This document shows, piece by piece, positions 1-11,956 of a stretch of 64,000 bases of DNA. Source of the DNA: Toensbergia leucococca (Eukaryota). The stretch spans positions 62,001 through 126,000 of the forward strand of contig JALDZS010000034.1 of the NCBI GenBank assembly GCA_022813965.1, given 5' to 3'. The position numbers and the translations under genes were made by a program. Numbering within the stretch: the stretch's first letter is position 1; each line of letters starts with the position of its first letter. The notes beneath the pieces are model-generated. The model was given only the letters and a program-made list of their open reading frames with translations. It did no database searches and was not told the DNA's origin.

Positions 1-390
1 CCGAAATCATAGGATTGGAATATCCTGGCATTCATCAGATTGTTGTCGACGCCATAAATCGCACTGACTTGGACCTCCGAAAGGCCTTGTATGGTAATAT
101 TGTATTATCTGGAGGATCGACACTTACCAAAGGTTTCTGCGATAGATTATTGCATGAAGTGCAACGGGTAGCCATTAAAGATACGCGGATTAAGATATTC
201 GCTCCTCAAGAACGAATTTACAGCACCTGGATTGGGGGAAGTATTCTGGCAGGCCTTAGTACTTTTCGAAAGGTCAGCACAAATCACATTCTCCTATACT
301 TTGAGAAGCTGACACATTCCTTTCTAGATGTGGGTTAGCATTGACGATTGGCATGAGAACCCTGATATTATACACACTAAATTCACTTGA
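1..390 (+). CDS. ARP1: Actin-related protein 1 (centractin, dynactin subunit), 3' part only; intron ~273-327
   Basis: Actin-fold C-terminus ([47 protein letters not shown]). After a GT..AG intron it ends [20 protein letters not shown], which is the fungal Arp1-type tail rather than that of conventional actin. Confidence 0.88.
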
Positions 391-1525
391 CCGTTTTATG
401 AAGACACTTTGGTCACGAGTGAACCATCCAAGGATCTTTCACATCACATTCTACCATGTTTTACCACGAGAGAGGAAACTTGCCGCGGAACAAGGCTCTT
501 AGCGTGAGGAGTAAGGATTATGATGAGGAGATACCCAAAATAGCATCAGGTTCTAGGACTTGTTTGGTTCCCCAGTCATGCATCCAGGCCGCTCTGTCTA
601 TCCCATGACAGATGGTACCTGTACTCGGTCGGTGGTGAAGTCGAGGAAGTGCGACAAGCCACCTGTCTAGCTGCTTAAATGATAAATCGGTGCACCACTA
701 CCTGCCAAGTTCGATGTTGATGGTGCGCTTGGGGGGAGGAGGCCAGATCCCGACCGAGGATATGTTGCAAAGTGGAGTCTCTACCTTGCAAACTATTTCG
801 AGGGGATGGGCTGCACCGACGGAGCACAGCATACCTCATGAGTTCAGTTCATAGCCGGTCATATTGTCACAATGTCAAAGTCTTCAGACCCATTGGATTG
901 CTATTTACCCCATCAAATCATGCTCAATATGCCAAGCATGCGGTTCAGCACGCAATCGGCCATGTCAATCCATCACGAAAAGTTGTCTGCAAGCTTGTTT
1001 CGTGAGTCTGTGATTCGACTGGATATTGGTGTTTCTATTAGGTAAGTTTACGTCCCTCGGTCCTTAACCAGGAAATCATCGGCAATAGCGGCGCTCGTCA
1101 TCATTGGAAGAATGATATGGAAATGCAGAGCAAGTCGTGGAATCTTAGTCAAGATTGCCGCTGCTTTTAAATACCGCCGGCATTTTCAGCTTTTTATTTC
1201 CATCGTGCCATCCTGCGCCTCATCTACCCTTTAAAGTGCAAATCTCATCTCACTGGCCAATGTCGTATGATGTGGATGTGTCCGTGACCACAGAGCTTTC
1301 AAAGACTTCTGTTAGCGATATAGTATGTTGCATCGTGAGACAATTCCTCGGACGGTGGAGAGTTTTACTTATTGAATATATAAACCAATACTTCATCACT
1401 GACCACGTCCACACTTATACAAAAGCATATTCTAGCATCCATACCCGAATAATACGCTATTACATTTTCTATTCAATACAATTCAGCTGCAAGACAATCA
1501 ATCTTACGCCTCACATTGCAAAAGC

Positions 1526-1981
1526 ATGCCTCTACACCCGACGTCAGCCCACCCCTCCGTCCCTCAAACTACCCACATCCACTCAGGTCGTGGCGGTGCC
1601 GGCAACACTACTCGCCTCGCCCCTGCCCCTACTTTCCCTCCTCCTACCCCCACCCTCCCCCATTCTCCACCATCATCCACCTACCTACGTACCGGTCGTG
1701 GTGGCGTCGGCAATATCCATCCTTCATCCGAGCACACTCTGTTCAGTTTCGACGAGGAACTCCAACGTCAGCAGCGGGTCCGTGTGCCGGTATATCATGT
1801 TGGGAGGGGCGGTGCAGGAAACATGGTTGATGAAAGGAGTGAGAGTCTCGCGGGAAGGCAGGGGAGTGTAGCGAGTGCGGGATCGAGTATTAGAAGCGAG
1901 GGAAGCGGAACTGGGAGGGGGGGAAAGAGTCTGGAATGGGTGAAGGGGGTTGTGGAAAGAGGAATGGGAAACAGAGACTAG
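1526..1981 (+). CDS. Small fungal protein with GRGGAGN repeats (DUF3602-like)
   Basis: 151-aa ORF with three GRGG(A/V)GN motifs (HSGRGGAGN, RTGRGGVGN, HVGRGGAGN). Confidence 0.75.
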   Translation: MPLHPTSAHPSVPQTTHIHSGRGGAGNTTRLAPAPTFPPPTPTLPHSPPSSTYLRTGRGGVGNIHPSSEHTLFSFDEELQRQQRVRVPVYHVGRGGAGNMVDERSESLAGRQGSVASAGSSIRSEGSGTGRGGKSLEWVKGVVERGMGNRD

Positions 1982-2748
1982 GTGGCCACATTGCTGCCGA
2001 AGGAGAATACGGCCGAATACTGAAGGAACTGGTGGCAGCTCCAGTCCTCAGCTCCATTACTGCAACGTTCCTCCAATTTATGAATCTTCACGATCTTCAA
2101 CACATACTGTCTTCAATATCTGGACTCGGGAAAAGTGTAGTTCTACTTAACTCCAAGGGATCTCTCTAGGTTTCATCTAAAGGGTGGCATGTAGGTAGTG
2201 TTACAGTAGTCAGCCTTTGAGGTGCTTAATATCGTTATAATTGTCATTAGACAGATGATCCTTGCTTGTGTATGTTAAGCGTCTCTTGTGAAACTTTGAC
2301 TATTTAATGTCCAAGGTAATGTGTATGACATCGTTACACATTAGAGATGGTGTGCGATGGGATCCTTGGATGTTCTTGATGTTTAAAGTTCAGGATAGGT
2401 AGAAGTTCATTAATGGTGGAGATAATAAAGTGTAAGCAGAATGAATAACTGATATCATTGATCTGAAGCTTCAGAATCGATAAATACTTTTGATGGGATA
2501 CCATCGGATACTCTAAGGTATTTAATTCCATACTTAGATAATACTCGTACATGCAAAATGAACACGTACTCGAGAATTATGGCAAAAATCAGAGAGGGCA
2601 TGTTCACTGACTGAATCAGTGAATCTTCACGTTATATTCATTTGGAGTACTTGATTGATGAAACATGAATGTAACTCGCGTCTCGCGAAATAGAAACCTT
2701 GATACATCAATTCACCCCTAGCTTGCAGATTCGGCCGGAAATTTCGAG

Positions 2749-4428
2749 ATGGCAACGAGTGTTCCGGGAAGCTCTCCTGCTGGTGCAGGTGGACTACTAT
2801 TTGGTACTGGCTTTGGAACTGGCAACACGCCATATAACGGTCTTGGATTGGGAATCGGGTCTGGTATCCTTGGTGGTAATTTGAGTGGTCAGGATCAGGA
2901 AGAAGAGCGACAGAGAAGACTTGAGAACATTATTGCTATCTTAGGTGGGAGCTGGGGCAGGGTAAGCCAGGAAGGACTGGAAAGATGTGCGAAGAGGTTG
3001 AAACTGGAGTGTCTCTGGGAACCCTCTCTGAGAGTTGGGCCTAGCCAAGCTCGAATACTAAGTATTGCTGGCCGTGAATTCTTGGTAGAAGTGGACTGTC
3101 AAGGAGATGAGGTCAAGGGCGTGACGTTGACTTTCCCAGCCAACGCGGACGCCGTGGACATTGTAGAAAAGGGGGCCGAAGTCTTAAAGAGCGATCTGAC
3201 AGGAGGTCAAAACTACATTATGTTGGACAGCTTTGCCAAGAATCTTGGGAGTTTGGCTAAGCTGGACGGACTTGGCAGTCAAGGCGTCAGCTGTTTTGAG
3301 GCCGTGGAGGCAATGTGTCACTCTTTGTGGGGAATATTCTCATGGGAACGCACCCAATTGAGGGAGGAGGGTTGGGAAAACCCAGAGACTGAGGTAGTAT
3401 GCAGGAGAAGCGGAAGACCAATGATGCATGCTGGTCAAAGACTTGGCTTAGCTCTACAGTTTTGGATGGAGAGAAGGCTTCTGTTGAGAAAGAACTGGGA
3501 CGCAGGGGACATGGTAATTGATCGTGTGCCGAAGTCTGAAGATGAAAGGGAGCAGAACCCGAAATTCTGGTCAGCAATTATCGAGTGCGAACCATCACCA
3601 GCTGAGCTTTATACCCCCATAAGAGTTTCAGATGCCTGGGTATCCGAAACCCTTGAGTGGCAGGAACCTCCACTTACATTTCAAACACCTTCAGATCCTC
3701 AGGCAACGGGCGAGGAGATGGACACAGGAGCATTTCTACAAGGGAAGCCGCTCGACGTAAGATTTGTGGCCAAGTTCGAACCCCCTATTGTGGTCCCACT
3801 CCAGGTAGCAGAAGAAATATTTGGTGTCGTTGGTACAAATCTACCCCAGGGTGCCATACAGCCAATCTATGAAGCACTCCTGTTCCCCGATGTATTCCAG
3901 TCTGCCACGAAACCATCAGAGCAAGTGGACTTGGGCATTAAACAATTCGCCGTCAAGAGACTCCTCACTTACCCGCAAAGACGCTTTATCGAATTCTCTC
4001 TTGTTAGCCGTCAACAACAGCCAGCTTTCGTTATTAATCAGATCCCTTTTTCTCATCCTCAACAATTGGTCTCAATTTTCCCAGTATTGCGGCAATGGGC
4101 ACTTGCTGGGAGTATTCTACGTCGTACTTTTACCACCATGGCTGAGGAGACTGTCGATGAGGAAAACAACAACGATTCTGACAGCGACTCCGAAGCTTTT
4201 GGTAGCTTGGAAGTCAACATCATGCTGGGCGTGTGGCCGGTTCTACGCATTACCATTTTCATACTGCAGGAGGGAAACTTGACTGGTACGACCCTCATAA
4301 TAGGACTGAATGGTGAAATCACCAGCGAACCACTTATCGAACTTACGAATCAAAATCCAAAGGCCGCCCGAGTACTAACTATAGCAGAGAACATTGCAAC
4401 GGTGGTAGAGTGGATGACTTCACAGTAA
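2749..4428 (+). CDS. MED1: Mediator complex subunit Med1
   Basis: 559-aa intronless ORF with fungal Med1-like segments GRVSQEGLERCAKRLKLECLWE, LSIAG, NLGSLAKLDGL, SGRPMMH, RFVAKFEPPIVVP, IPFSHPQQL. Confidence 0.82.
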   Translation: MATSVPGSSPAGAGGLLFGTGFGTGNTPYNGLGLGIGSGILGGNLSGQDQEEERQRRLENIIAILGGSWGRVSQEGLERCAKRLKLECLWEPSLRVGPSQARILSIAGREFLVEVDCQGDEVKGVTLTFPANADAVDIVEKGAEVLKSDLTGGQNYIMLDSFAKNLGSLAKLDGLGSQGVSCFEAVEAMCHSLWGIFSWERTQLREEGWENPETEVVCRRSGRPMMHAGQRLGLALQFWMERRLLLRKNWDAGDMVIDRVPKSEDEREQNPKFWSAIIECEPSPAELYTPIRVSDAWVSETLEWQEPPLTFQTPSDPQATGEEMDTGAFLQGKPLDVRFVAKFEPPIVVPLQVAEEIFGVVGTNLPQGAIQPIYEALLFPDVFQSATKPSEQVDLGIKQFAVKRLLTYPQRRFIEFSLVSRQQQPAFVINQIPFSHPQQLVSIFPVLRQWALAGSILRRTFTTMAEETVDEENNNDSDSDSEAFGSLEVNIMLGVWPVLRITIFILQEGNLTGTTLIIGLNGEITSEPLIELTNQNPKAARVLTIAENIATVVEWMTSQ

Positions 4429-4839
4429 TCTGGACAATTCGGATGATACCCAAGGTGTACTTTAAATGCGGACATTGTTCTGCTAATTTAGAGCAAGAGA
4501 CAATTGATCTTTAATCTCTTTCTGTTGCAAGACAGTTGTCAACACGAATAGTTACGGAAGTAGACTGATTGGTACCGTGTGTGGATTTGCATCCAAAAGT
4601 AATATTGAGCGGACAAGTACAATCACTACACTAACCATGATGAATTACTTGTCTTAGAAACGTGTCCACATGGCACAACATGCCAGATGGTAGTAGTCGC
4701 ATAGCTTCCGCGGACCATGACTTCAACGAATAGCCTCCATTTCGTCCGGATTGTGCATGAGGCACACTTCGGACTCGAATCACGAGGAAATCAATGGCAG
4801 AAATCCAAATGCGCTCATCAAGATAAAGAAAGAATGAAA

Positions 4840-5060
4840 ATGGCCTTGAAAGTCGGCTCCAGAAATCTAGAGGCTCTTAAGCATATTCGGCTATGGCATA
4901 TATCTCGTTGAATAGAGCAACCTAAATTTTCAATTGCAGGTGTACAACCTCGCGTACATGGAGATAAGACCAGTTGGCATCGAGGTCAAAGATGGAGAAG
5001 ACTACGCCCGACTCTGGGGGACTGATCACTGGGTACTGTGCCACTTCTCAATTCGTGCAG
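4840..5060 (+). pseudogene. Possible degenerate cytochrome P450 C-terminal fragment
   Basis: KVGSRN followed by NLAYMEIR and DGEDYARLWGTDHW resembles the P450 heme-binding region GxRNCxGxNLAYxExR and its tail. The heme Cys and the rest of the gene are absent. Confidence 0.3.
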
Positions 5061-5258
5061 GCACATATCTGTACATTGGACCCCGCTCAAGATCGACGTC
5101 TACCCCACCTACTCTTGAAAAGGAAGGCAAATATGTCATCTGGGTACTATTGAAGTAGATTGGTAATTGAGTGTTTCCCTCGCTGAGCTGTAAGAAAAGG
5201 TGGGATTTTTTGACGACATCGACCGAAGCACTCCAGCAATATCTAGTATTTAAGCATA

Positions 5259-7003
5259 ATGAGGCAAAACATCGGAGCTTATACGAACGGCACGAACGGC
5301 CACGTAACAGACAAGACCGATACCTACGGAGATCATGTCAATCTGGATATACTCATTGTGGGCGCAGGTTTTGGAGGTGTCTACCTTCTGCACAAATTCC
5401 GAGCATTGGGATATAATGTGAAGGTCGTTGAAGCGGGTACAGACCTCGGCGGTGTCTGGCATTGGAATACCTATCCTGGTGGTAAGCACACCGGAGCCTT
5501 TGAGGCTTAGTCTTGTTGTTCCTTCATGCTAATAGAGCATTTTCCACAGCTCGCGTCGATAGTCAGGTTCCGGTCTATGAGTTTTCCATAGAAGAAGTTT
5601 GGAAGGACTGGACATGGACAGAGAAGTACCCTGGCTGGAAAGAATTGCGGGAATACTTCAAGCATGTCGAAAATGTCCTCGATATCAAAAAGGACGTCAG
5701 CTTCAGCACCAATGTGAAGACTGCTACTTTTGACCAGAATGACAGCATGTGGACCATCAGGACTGAAAATATGCGGACTATCCGTGCCAAGTACTTCATT
5801 CTTGCCACGGGGTTTGCTGCAAAGCGTCATTTTCCGGATTGGAAGGGTCTCGATACCTTCAAAGGTACGGTACACCACTCTTCCTTCTGGCCTAGTGAGG
5901 GAGTGGACGTCAAAGGAAAACGTGTTGCTGTTATCGGAACCGGTTCAACCGGCGTTCAGATTGCTCAAGAGTGTGGCCCGGATGCTGCTGAATTGACTGT
6001 CTTCCAACGCACACCCAACCTAGCCTTACCTATGCAGCAAGGGAAATTGACCAAAGAGGAGCAAGACAAGGCCAAGAGTGATTATCCCAAATTTTTCGAA
6101 GATCGACTCAAGACCTTTAACGGCTTTGACTTTGAGTACGTGGACAAGTACACATTGGACCAGACCCCTGAAGAGCGCGAAGAGTTCTTTGAAAGACTAT
6201 GGCAAGAAGGCGGATTCAAGCTTTGGCTTGGCTCGTACAAGGACTTATTTTTTGACGACAAAGCCAACGACGAAGTCTATAATTTCTGGGTGAAAAAGAC
6301 TCGAGCACGCATCCACGACCCTGTGAAACGAGACATCCTCGCCCCGTTGAAGAAACCTCACGCATTCGGCACCAAACGTCCCTCTCTCGAGCAGAACTAT
6401 TTTGACCAGTTCAACAAACCAAATATGATGGTGGTAGATATTCGCGCGAATCCTGTACAAGAAGTTGTTCCTGAAGGTATCATCACCGCTGACGGTAAAC
6501 TCCACGAAATTGATATCATTGCTCTTGCCACAGGCTTTGATGCTGTTACTGGTGGTCTGAAACAAATTGGCATCAAATCCATTGATGGCGAGTTGCTTGC
6601 GGACAAATGGAAAGAAGGCACGTGGTCCTACCTAGGCATGACACTTTCCGGCTTCCCGAATCTTTTCTTCCTCTACGGTCCTCACGGTCCCACTGCCTTT
6701 GCCAACGGCCCAACCTGCGTTGAACTCCAAGGCGGTTGGATTATTGATGTCATCAATGACATGGAGAAGAAGGGGGTCAGAATGATCAATCCAAGCAAGG
6801 AAGCAGAGGATCAATGGAAGAAGGACATCGACGACCTTTGGGATAAGAATTTGTGCAAGAATACAGAGAGCTGGTACTCGGGGGCGAACATTCCTGGCAA
6901 GCCAAAAGAAAGTCTGAATTACACGGGTGGGATGCAGAAGTATGAAAAGGAATGTAGGCGGGAGATGGCGAACGACTATGCTGGGTTTGTGCTCAGCTAT
7001 TGA
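5259..7003 (+). CDS. Baeyer-Villiger (cyclohexanone-type) flavin monooxygenase; intron ~5482-5549
   Basis: Rossmann motifs IVGAGFGG and VIGTGSTG, GGVWHWNTYPGARVDS, BVMO fingerprint FKGTVHHSSFWP, ATGFDA, SWYSGANIPGKP. Confidence 0.93.
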
Positions 7004-7283
7004 GCTTGATGTTCTCTTAGAGCTTTGTTGTAATTGTGCATTGTACAAGAGAATAACAATTGTAGCAACCCTGATCTAGACATGGTGACCAAATGCAGAC
7101 AATGTCTATCAATTTAAGGTGCACAGTTGGGGCTCTGGGTTTCGATTTAAACTGAGAAGAGGAAAAGGGGGACATAGGTTCTAGAATAGTGCACGGACCA
7201 CAACCTTTGAAAAAGGGAAGAACACAACGGCTTTTCCCATTGACGTCCATTTCAATTCAACTTCTCCCACCCTTTTAGGAATT

Positions 7284-8160
7284 ATGGCTCGCCTTCCCAC
7301 GCGACTGCGCGTCCTATCTAACCTCATCCTCTGCCTATTGATCCTACCCCTCGCCTCATCCCTAAAATTCGACCTCCAAGCCCACACGGGCCACAGCGCC
7401 CGCTACGAGCGCTGCATCCGAAACTTCGTTGCCAAAGAAACTCTGGTACTAGTGACTGCTATCGTCAGCGGCCAAAAGGGGGACGGGCAGATGGTCAACA
7501 TGCATGTTCGTTATAATCACTCGCTTCTCGAACGCCTTTCTGCGTCCGTCGAGTCTATCAACTTTGACATTGCAAGCTAACATCACTTCTCCTAGATCAA
7601 AGATGCCGTAGGCAACGAATACGGCAAGCCAAAGGATATCGCGGGCGAGACGCGTATGGCATTCACCTCCCACGCCGACGCGGCCTTTGACGTCTGTTTC
7701 GAAAATATCCTCACAACGGGCCGTAATTCTCTCTCCCCATGAAATCCGGCTTCCCCCACCTCTAACCCGGTCTCTCTTTCTATAGAAACCGTCATGTCCC
7801 CAACCCGGCACATAGAACTCGACATCGACATCGGCGCTGACGCACGCGATTGGTCCGCCATCCAAGCCGCCGAAAAATTGAAGCCCGTTGAGACAGAGCT
7901 ACGGCGGATTGAGGAGCTGGTCGGTGAGATTGTGGGGGAGATGGATTATTTAAGGACTAGGGAGCAGAAATTGCGGGATACGAATGAGAGCACGAATGAG
8001 AGGGTTAAATGGTTTGCTTTTGGGACGATGGGCATGTTGGTGGGGTTGGGGGCGTGGCAAGTTGTATATTTAAGGGCATATTTTAGGTATGTTGCCCTTT
8101 GGGGGAAGTGGATGAGGCAGACGCTGACAAGGAGATGGCAGATCAAAGCACCTTATTTAG
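7284..8160 (+). CDS. ERV25: p24-family (emp24/gp25L) ER vesicle protein Erv25; introns ~7507-7595, ~7723-7785, ~8088-8141
   Basis: Signal peptide, then LKFDL...ERCIRNFV (GOLD domain), [28 protein letters not shown], a TM segment, and a spliced C-terminus YLRAYFRSKHLI*. Confidence 0.92.
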
Positions 8161-8483
8161 TAGTAGTCATATTTACGCGTTTTTTCAGTATATTCAGTAT
8201 ATCCTGCAAACCGAATTACTTCTGTGATTTTGCCTTGCAGCGAACATACTCGGCCGGATCTCGCATCATGATCATACCATGTTTGCAAGTTGGCTATGTT
8301 GTTATACACTATATTTTTCTAGCACGACTATCCGTAGTAGGATGTACCTACGAATCTACGACGAGTCTCGCCAAGAAAATCATCGATATCACGCATGACG
8401 CCATCAGTAAGTCTGGATTTCACGCCATCAACAACTCACATTCGAAATTCACCATCAATTTTATTACACTATCTATAATCAAA

Positions 8484-9504
8484 ATGTCTTTGAGCCGATC
8501 TGCTCTTCGATTGCTACGGCCATGCTCCACAGCATTGAGGCCATTCTCAACAACACTACCCCGCACATTTGCCAACGAGCGAGAGCATGAAACCACCCCA
8601 TCCTGGAGGGAGACACAGAAAGAAAAGCCGTTGGGCCCTCACATGACCAACACAAACTCGACCATCGCCAACGAGATGCCCAGCGTTGGCGCCGACAAAG
8701 CACCACCAGAGCTCCTCACATCCGTTGATCCGGATTTCGTGCCCAAAGACTCGGTACCCGAGAACACAGAACGTATGACTGGAGGATCCCAGAAGGGTGG
8801 CCCTGAAGATGGTCCTAATGCCGAGCTTGGAGTCGGGGAGATGGAAGGGGCTAAGTTCAAGGTTGAGCCATTGAGACGGACCGGCGAAGATGGCAATACC
8901 ACGCGGGCAAGGTTGTTGTGTCCGTTGCTTCAAATTCCCATCTCCACCTCACCCAGTGCAATAGCTGACAAGCAAATCTCTTAACCAAACAGATCAGAGC
9001 CGCAAGAGAGGGACCCTCGAAAGTGACCTCCTCCTCTCCACCTTCGCCTCCGCCAACCTCCCTCACATGACCCCCGCCCAACTCCACCAATACGACCTCT
9101 TCCTCGATGAAAACGACTGGGACATCTACTACTGGGCCACCCAAGAACCGACACCGACCTCACGCGAAACCGCCGAAGGAGCTGGCCCTGAAAACGCCAA
9201 CCCCGCCGCCCAGGGCAAAGCTATGAATGCCTCTGAGACGGACGAGTGGAGAAAGGGTGCGCCGAGGAGCGGGGAGTGGGCGCAGACGGTCGGGACGTTT
9301 AAGCCGGCCTTTCGGCCCGTGCCACAGAGGTGGAGGAACAGTGAGATTTTGTCGATGCTGAGGAGACATGTTGTTGAAAGGAGTGCTGGGGGTGTGCATG
9401 ACGAGAGGGTGGAGGTGGGAGGGGAGGGCTTGGCGAGGAGGGTTAAGGGGACCGGGGGTGGAGGGTTGGGAAGGATGCCAGAGGTGCAGAACTTTGATGT
9501 CTAG
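8484..9504 (+). CDS. SDH5: Succinate dehydrogenase assembly factor 2 (flavinator); intron ~8920-8992
   Basis: Mitochondrial presequence [12 protein letters not shown]; spliced [41 protein letters not shown]. Confidence 0.92.
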
Positions 9505-9659
9505 GGCTTTAGTTCGATGGAGCTGTTTGCTGCTCCTGATTATTCAAGAAATTCAATTTTCTGTGTGCTCTCAACTTCTCAAGCTGCTTTCTTTGCTTGG
9601 CTCAGAAAAGTGTCTCGAAGTGCAAAGAGCTGTTATCTAATGTACCGTCAATGAAGATA

Positions 9660-10200
9660 TGACCAGGTAATAAGGCGCTACTAGCATCTGAAGGATGGTT
9701 CTCTATTGAATATTGCTGACCGAGGGTGTTTTAGTCTGTAGGATACTGTTCACTCACGAGAAAAGTCTCAGATGCCTATCCCACTTCACTCTGTTTCTTC
9801 ATTTTATTCTCACTTCTGAACTCATTATCTTTCTCACTGTTAAATCATTGAATCACATTGTTCTCATCACTCTTTCAGAAATCTTCCTTCTTCTTCTCTT
9901 TTCTCTTCTTCATTAATAATACAAGGTCTAAAGCATCTGTCTCTTTTATTCTTTTTATTTAGTATCGCAAATTTCACACTGATAGATATACAGTATCAAT
10001 AAGAGCTATTGAAATTTTCTGTTTAAATGATTTTCAAAAGAAAGAAATGAGTTAAGAGATGATTTGTTTATATCACTCATAGCTATTCTGCTGATTAAGA
10101 CATATTTTACTTGAAAAAGAATATGGGTTATTAAAGTGTAGAGAGTGTTCTAAGGTGCTCAGATATCATCAATTTACCTATGTAGAGAGGAAGTTGTAAC
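9660..10200. mobile_element. AT-rich, C/G-eroded repeat relic (probable degraded transposon)
   Basis: Abrupt AT-rich block rich in TCA/TGA with few CpG/CC, similar in composition to the mutated transposon at 12.6-13.4 kb. No termini could be verified. Confidence 0.4.
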
Positions 10201-10342
10201 AGCCCTAAAGGAGATTGTATTGACGTTATCGTCCTTGATAACTTCGGCTAATCATTTTAGCCCTAATCGCGAACCAGGCTCGCCAGGTTCCAATCGCGTC
10301 ACCCCGGGTCTTCAAGATACCCAGCTTCAAAAACAAAAAGAA

Positions 10343-11956
10343 ATGAAGGACGATGAGAACCCCACGCTCCTTTACCGCGCAACAAAACCTCTACCCTATG
10401 AGCTCCGTGAACATTGCACCATCTATTTTGAAGAAGGCCTCTGTCCGTCCCCTCATCCCAGGTCCCCTCTCCCCGTGGCTCACAACATCACAGACTCCCA
10501 AGCCCTAAATCTCCTATTCTCCCTTCTAACAGCGGGGACTTCCTCTACGCCCTCACCCCCAGCTTTCCTTCCTCCACCCCAACATTTAGCCCTAGCAGCC
10601 ACACTAGTCGTCCACCCCGCCCTGACAACACGCGCAAAAGACACAGCCACCCTCGAAGCAGCAAATACTGCATTGCGATACCTACGCCTGGTAGCCGATC
10701 TGGTAGGGCCCATAAATGGAAATCTACAAGAAGCCTTCGCCATTCCCGGCGCCGGCGGCTCTCTACGTCGAGGGGGAGGCAAGAGAAGGAGAACGACAGG
10801 AGAGGACGCGAGTCCCACCGCCGATGATGAAAACAGCATTACTACCGAGCTAGCCAACGCAGGAGGCATATGGGCACGCGTAGACGATTTCTGGCAAGTG
10901 GTAGGCTGGGCGCTGAATTGTAGTGTGGTGCACAAGAAGCGTTGGGAGCGGTGGAGCTTATGGCTTGAATATATGGTTGGGATCTTAGAACAAGACTGGG
11001 AAATGCGAGAGAAGACTTGGGCGCAGGAGGGAGGAGAAGAGCAAGCAGAGGACCCTAGAGAAGGCAGCATGATTGTCAAATATCTCAACCCCGAGGGCGC
11101 CACCTCTGGCAAAGAACGGCGAATTCTGCGGGCAATCTTCGCCGACGGCGACCAGCGCTCCCTGGCCGAATTCCCCGAAATCTGGGAAAACGAAACCAAA
11201 GAGCGCAAGAAACCCACAGACGGCAGCGCCGCTAAAAAGATCTCCACAAAAGTAAACGTCGAACTCGACAATTACGGCGACTACCTCAGCTCCTCCTCTT
11301 CTCCCTCGCCCTCCCCTCCCCCCCAAACCAAGACGCCTCCCCCACTCTCAACTGCCCCCACCTTACCAGACGGTTCGCTCCCCCTCGGCGGCCCAGCAGC
11401 CCTCCACCTCCGCCTACGTCTCCTCTCCCTCCTCTCCACCACCTGCGCCACCCTCCCCTCAACCCTCCTCCCCCTCCATGAACTCTACACCCTCTACCTC
11501 TCCCACATCCGCCCAACGCCCCTCCCAACATTTTTCCACCTCATCTCCCTCCCCCACCTAACCCCCACAGCCGCCTCAACCCTAACCCAACACATCCTCC
11601 GCTCCCTCCTCGCCACCTCAGCCCCTCTTCCCCAAAACGACGACCTCAACCAAGACATCCTCGAGACAAACTACCTCCCCTACCCCGCCAACACTGCCTC
11701 CATCGCCGACAATGCCAAAGTAAGCCTGTGCGTCGAAATGCTGCTGCGGCTATGGGACAGGCACTTTGGGCTCGTGTGGAGCGAGGAGTTGGCGCAGGCG
11801 GCGGAAGCTGGGATCGAAGCCCGGGAGGCGAAAGTGAGCCGCAAAGGCGGGAGGAGGAAGGCAAAGAGTGGCGGGGAGGAGGAGGGGGAGAGGATGTGGT
11901 TGAATGGCAGTGCGGAGAGGATTAGAGGCGTGGTGGAAATGGCGCAGCCTTCTTGA
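10343..11956 (+). CDS. Uncharacterised fungal protein; probable short in-frame intron ~10443-10492
   Basis: Long ORF with globular-looking blocks (LPYELREHCTIYFEE, PPPQHLALAATLVVHP, DDFWQVVGWALNCS, RRILRAIFADG, DNAKVSLCVE). The likely start is MKDDENP. Confidence 0.8.
   Translation: MKDDENPTLLYRATKPLPYELREHCTIYFEEGLCPSPHPRSPLPVAHNITDSQALNLLFSLLTAGTSSTPSPPAFLPPPQHLALAATLVVHPALTTRAKDTATLEAANTALRYLRLVADLVGPINGNLQEAFAIPGAGGSLRRGGGKRRRTTGEDASPTADDENSITTELANAGGIWARVDDFWQVVGWALNCSVVHKKRWERWSLWLEYMVGILEQDWEMREKTWAQEGGEEQAEDPREGSMIVKYLNPEGATSGKERRILRAIFADGDQRSLAEFPEIWENETKERKKPTDGSAAKKISTKVNVELDNYGDYLSSSSSPSPSPPPQTKTPPPLSTAPTLPDGSLPLGGPAALHLRLRLLSLLSTTCATLPSTLLPLHELYTLYLSHIRPTPLPTFFHLISLPHLTPTAASTLTQHILRSLLATSAPLPQNDDLNQDILETNYLPYPANTASIADNAKVSLCVEMLLRLWDRHFGLVWSEELAQAAEAGIEAREAKVSRKGGRRKAKSGGEEEGERMWLNGSAERIRGVVEMAQPS

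Noticed and set aside
2199..2665. Possible solo LTR beginning TGTTACA
   Set aside because: AT-rich, but no matching terminal inverted end or target-site duplication could be found.
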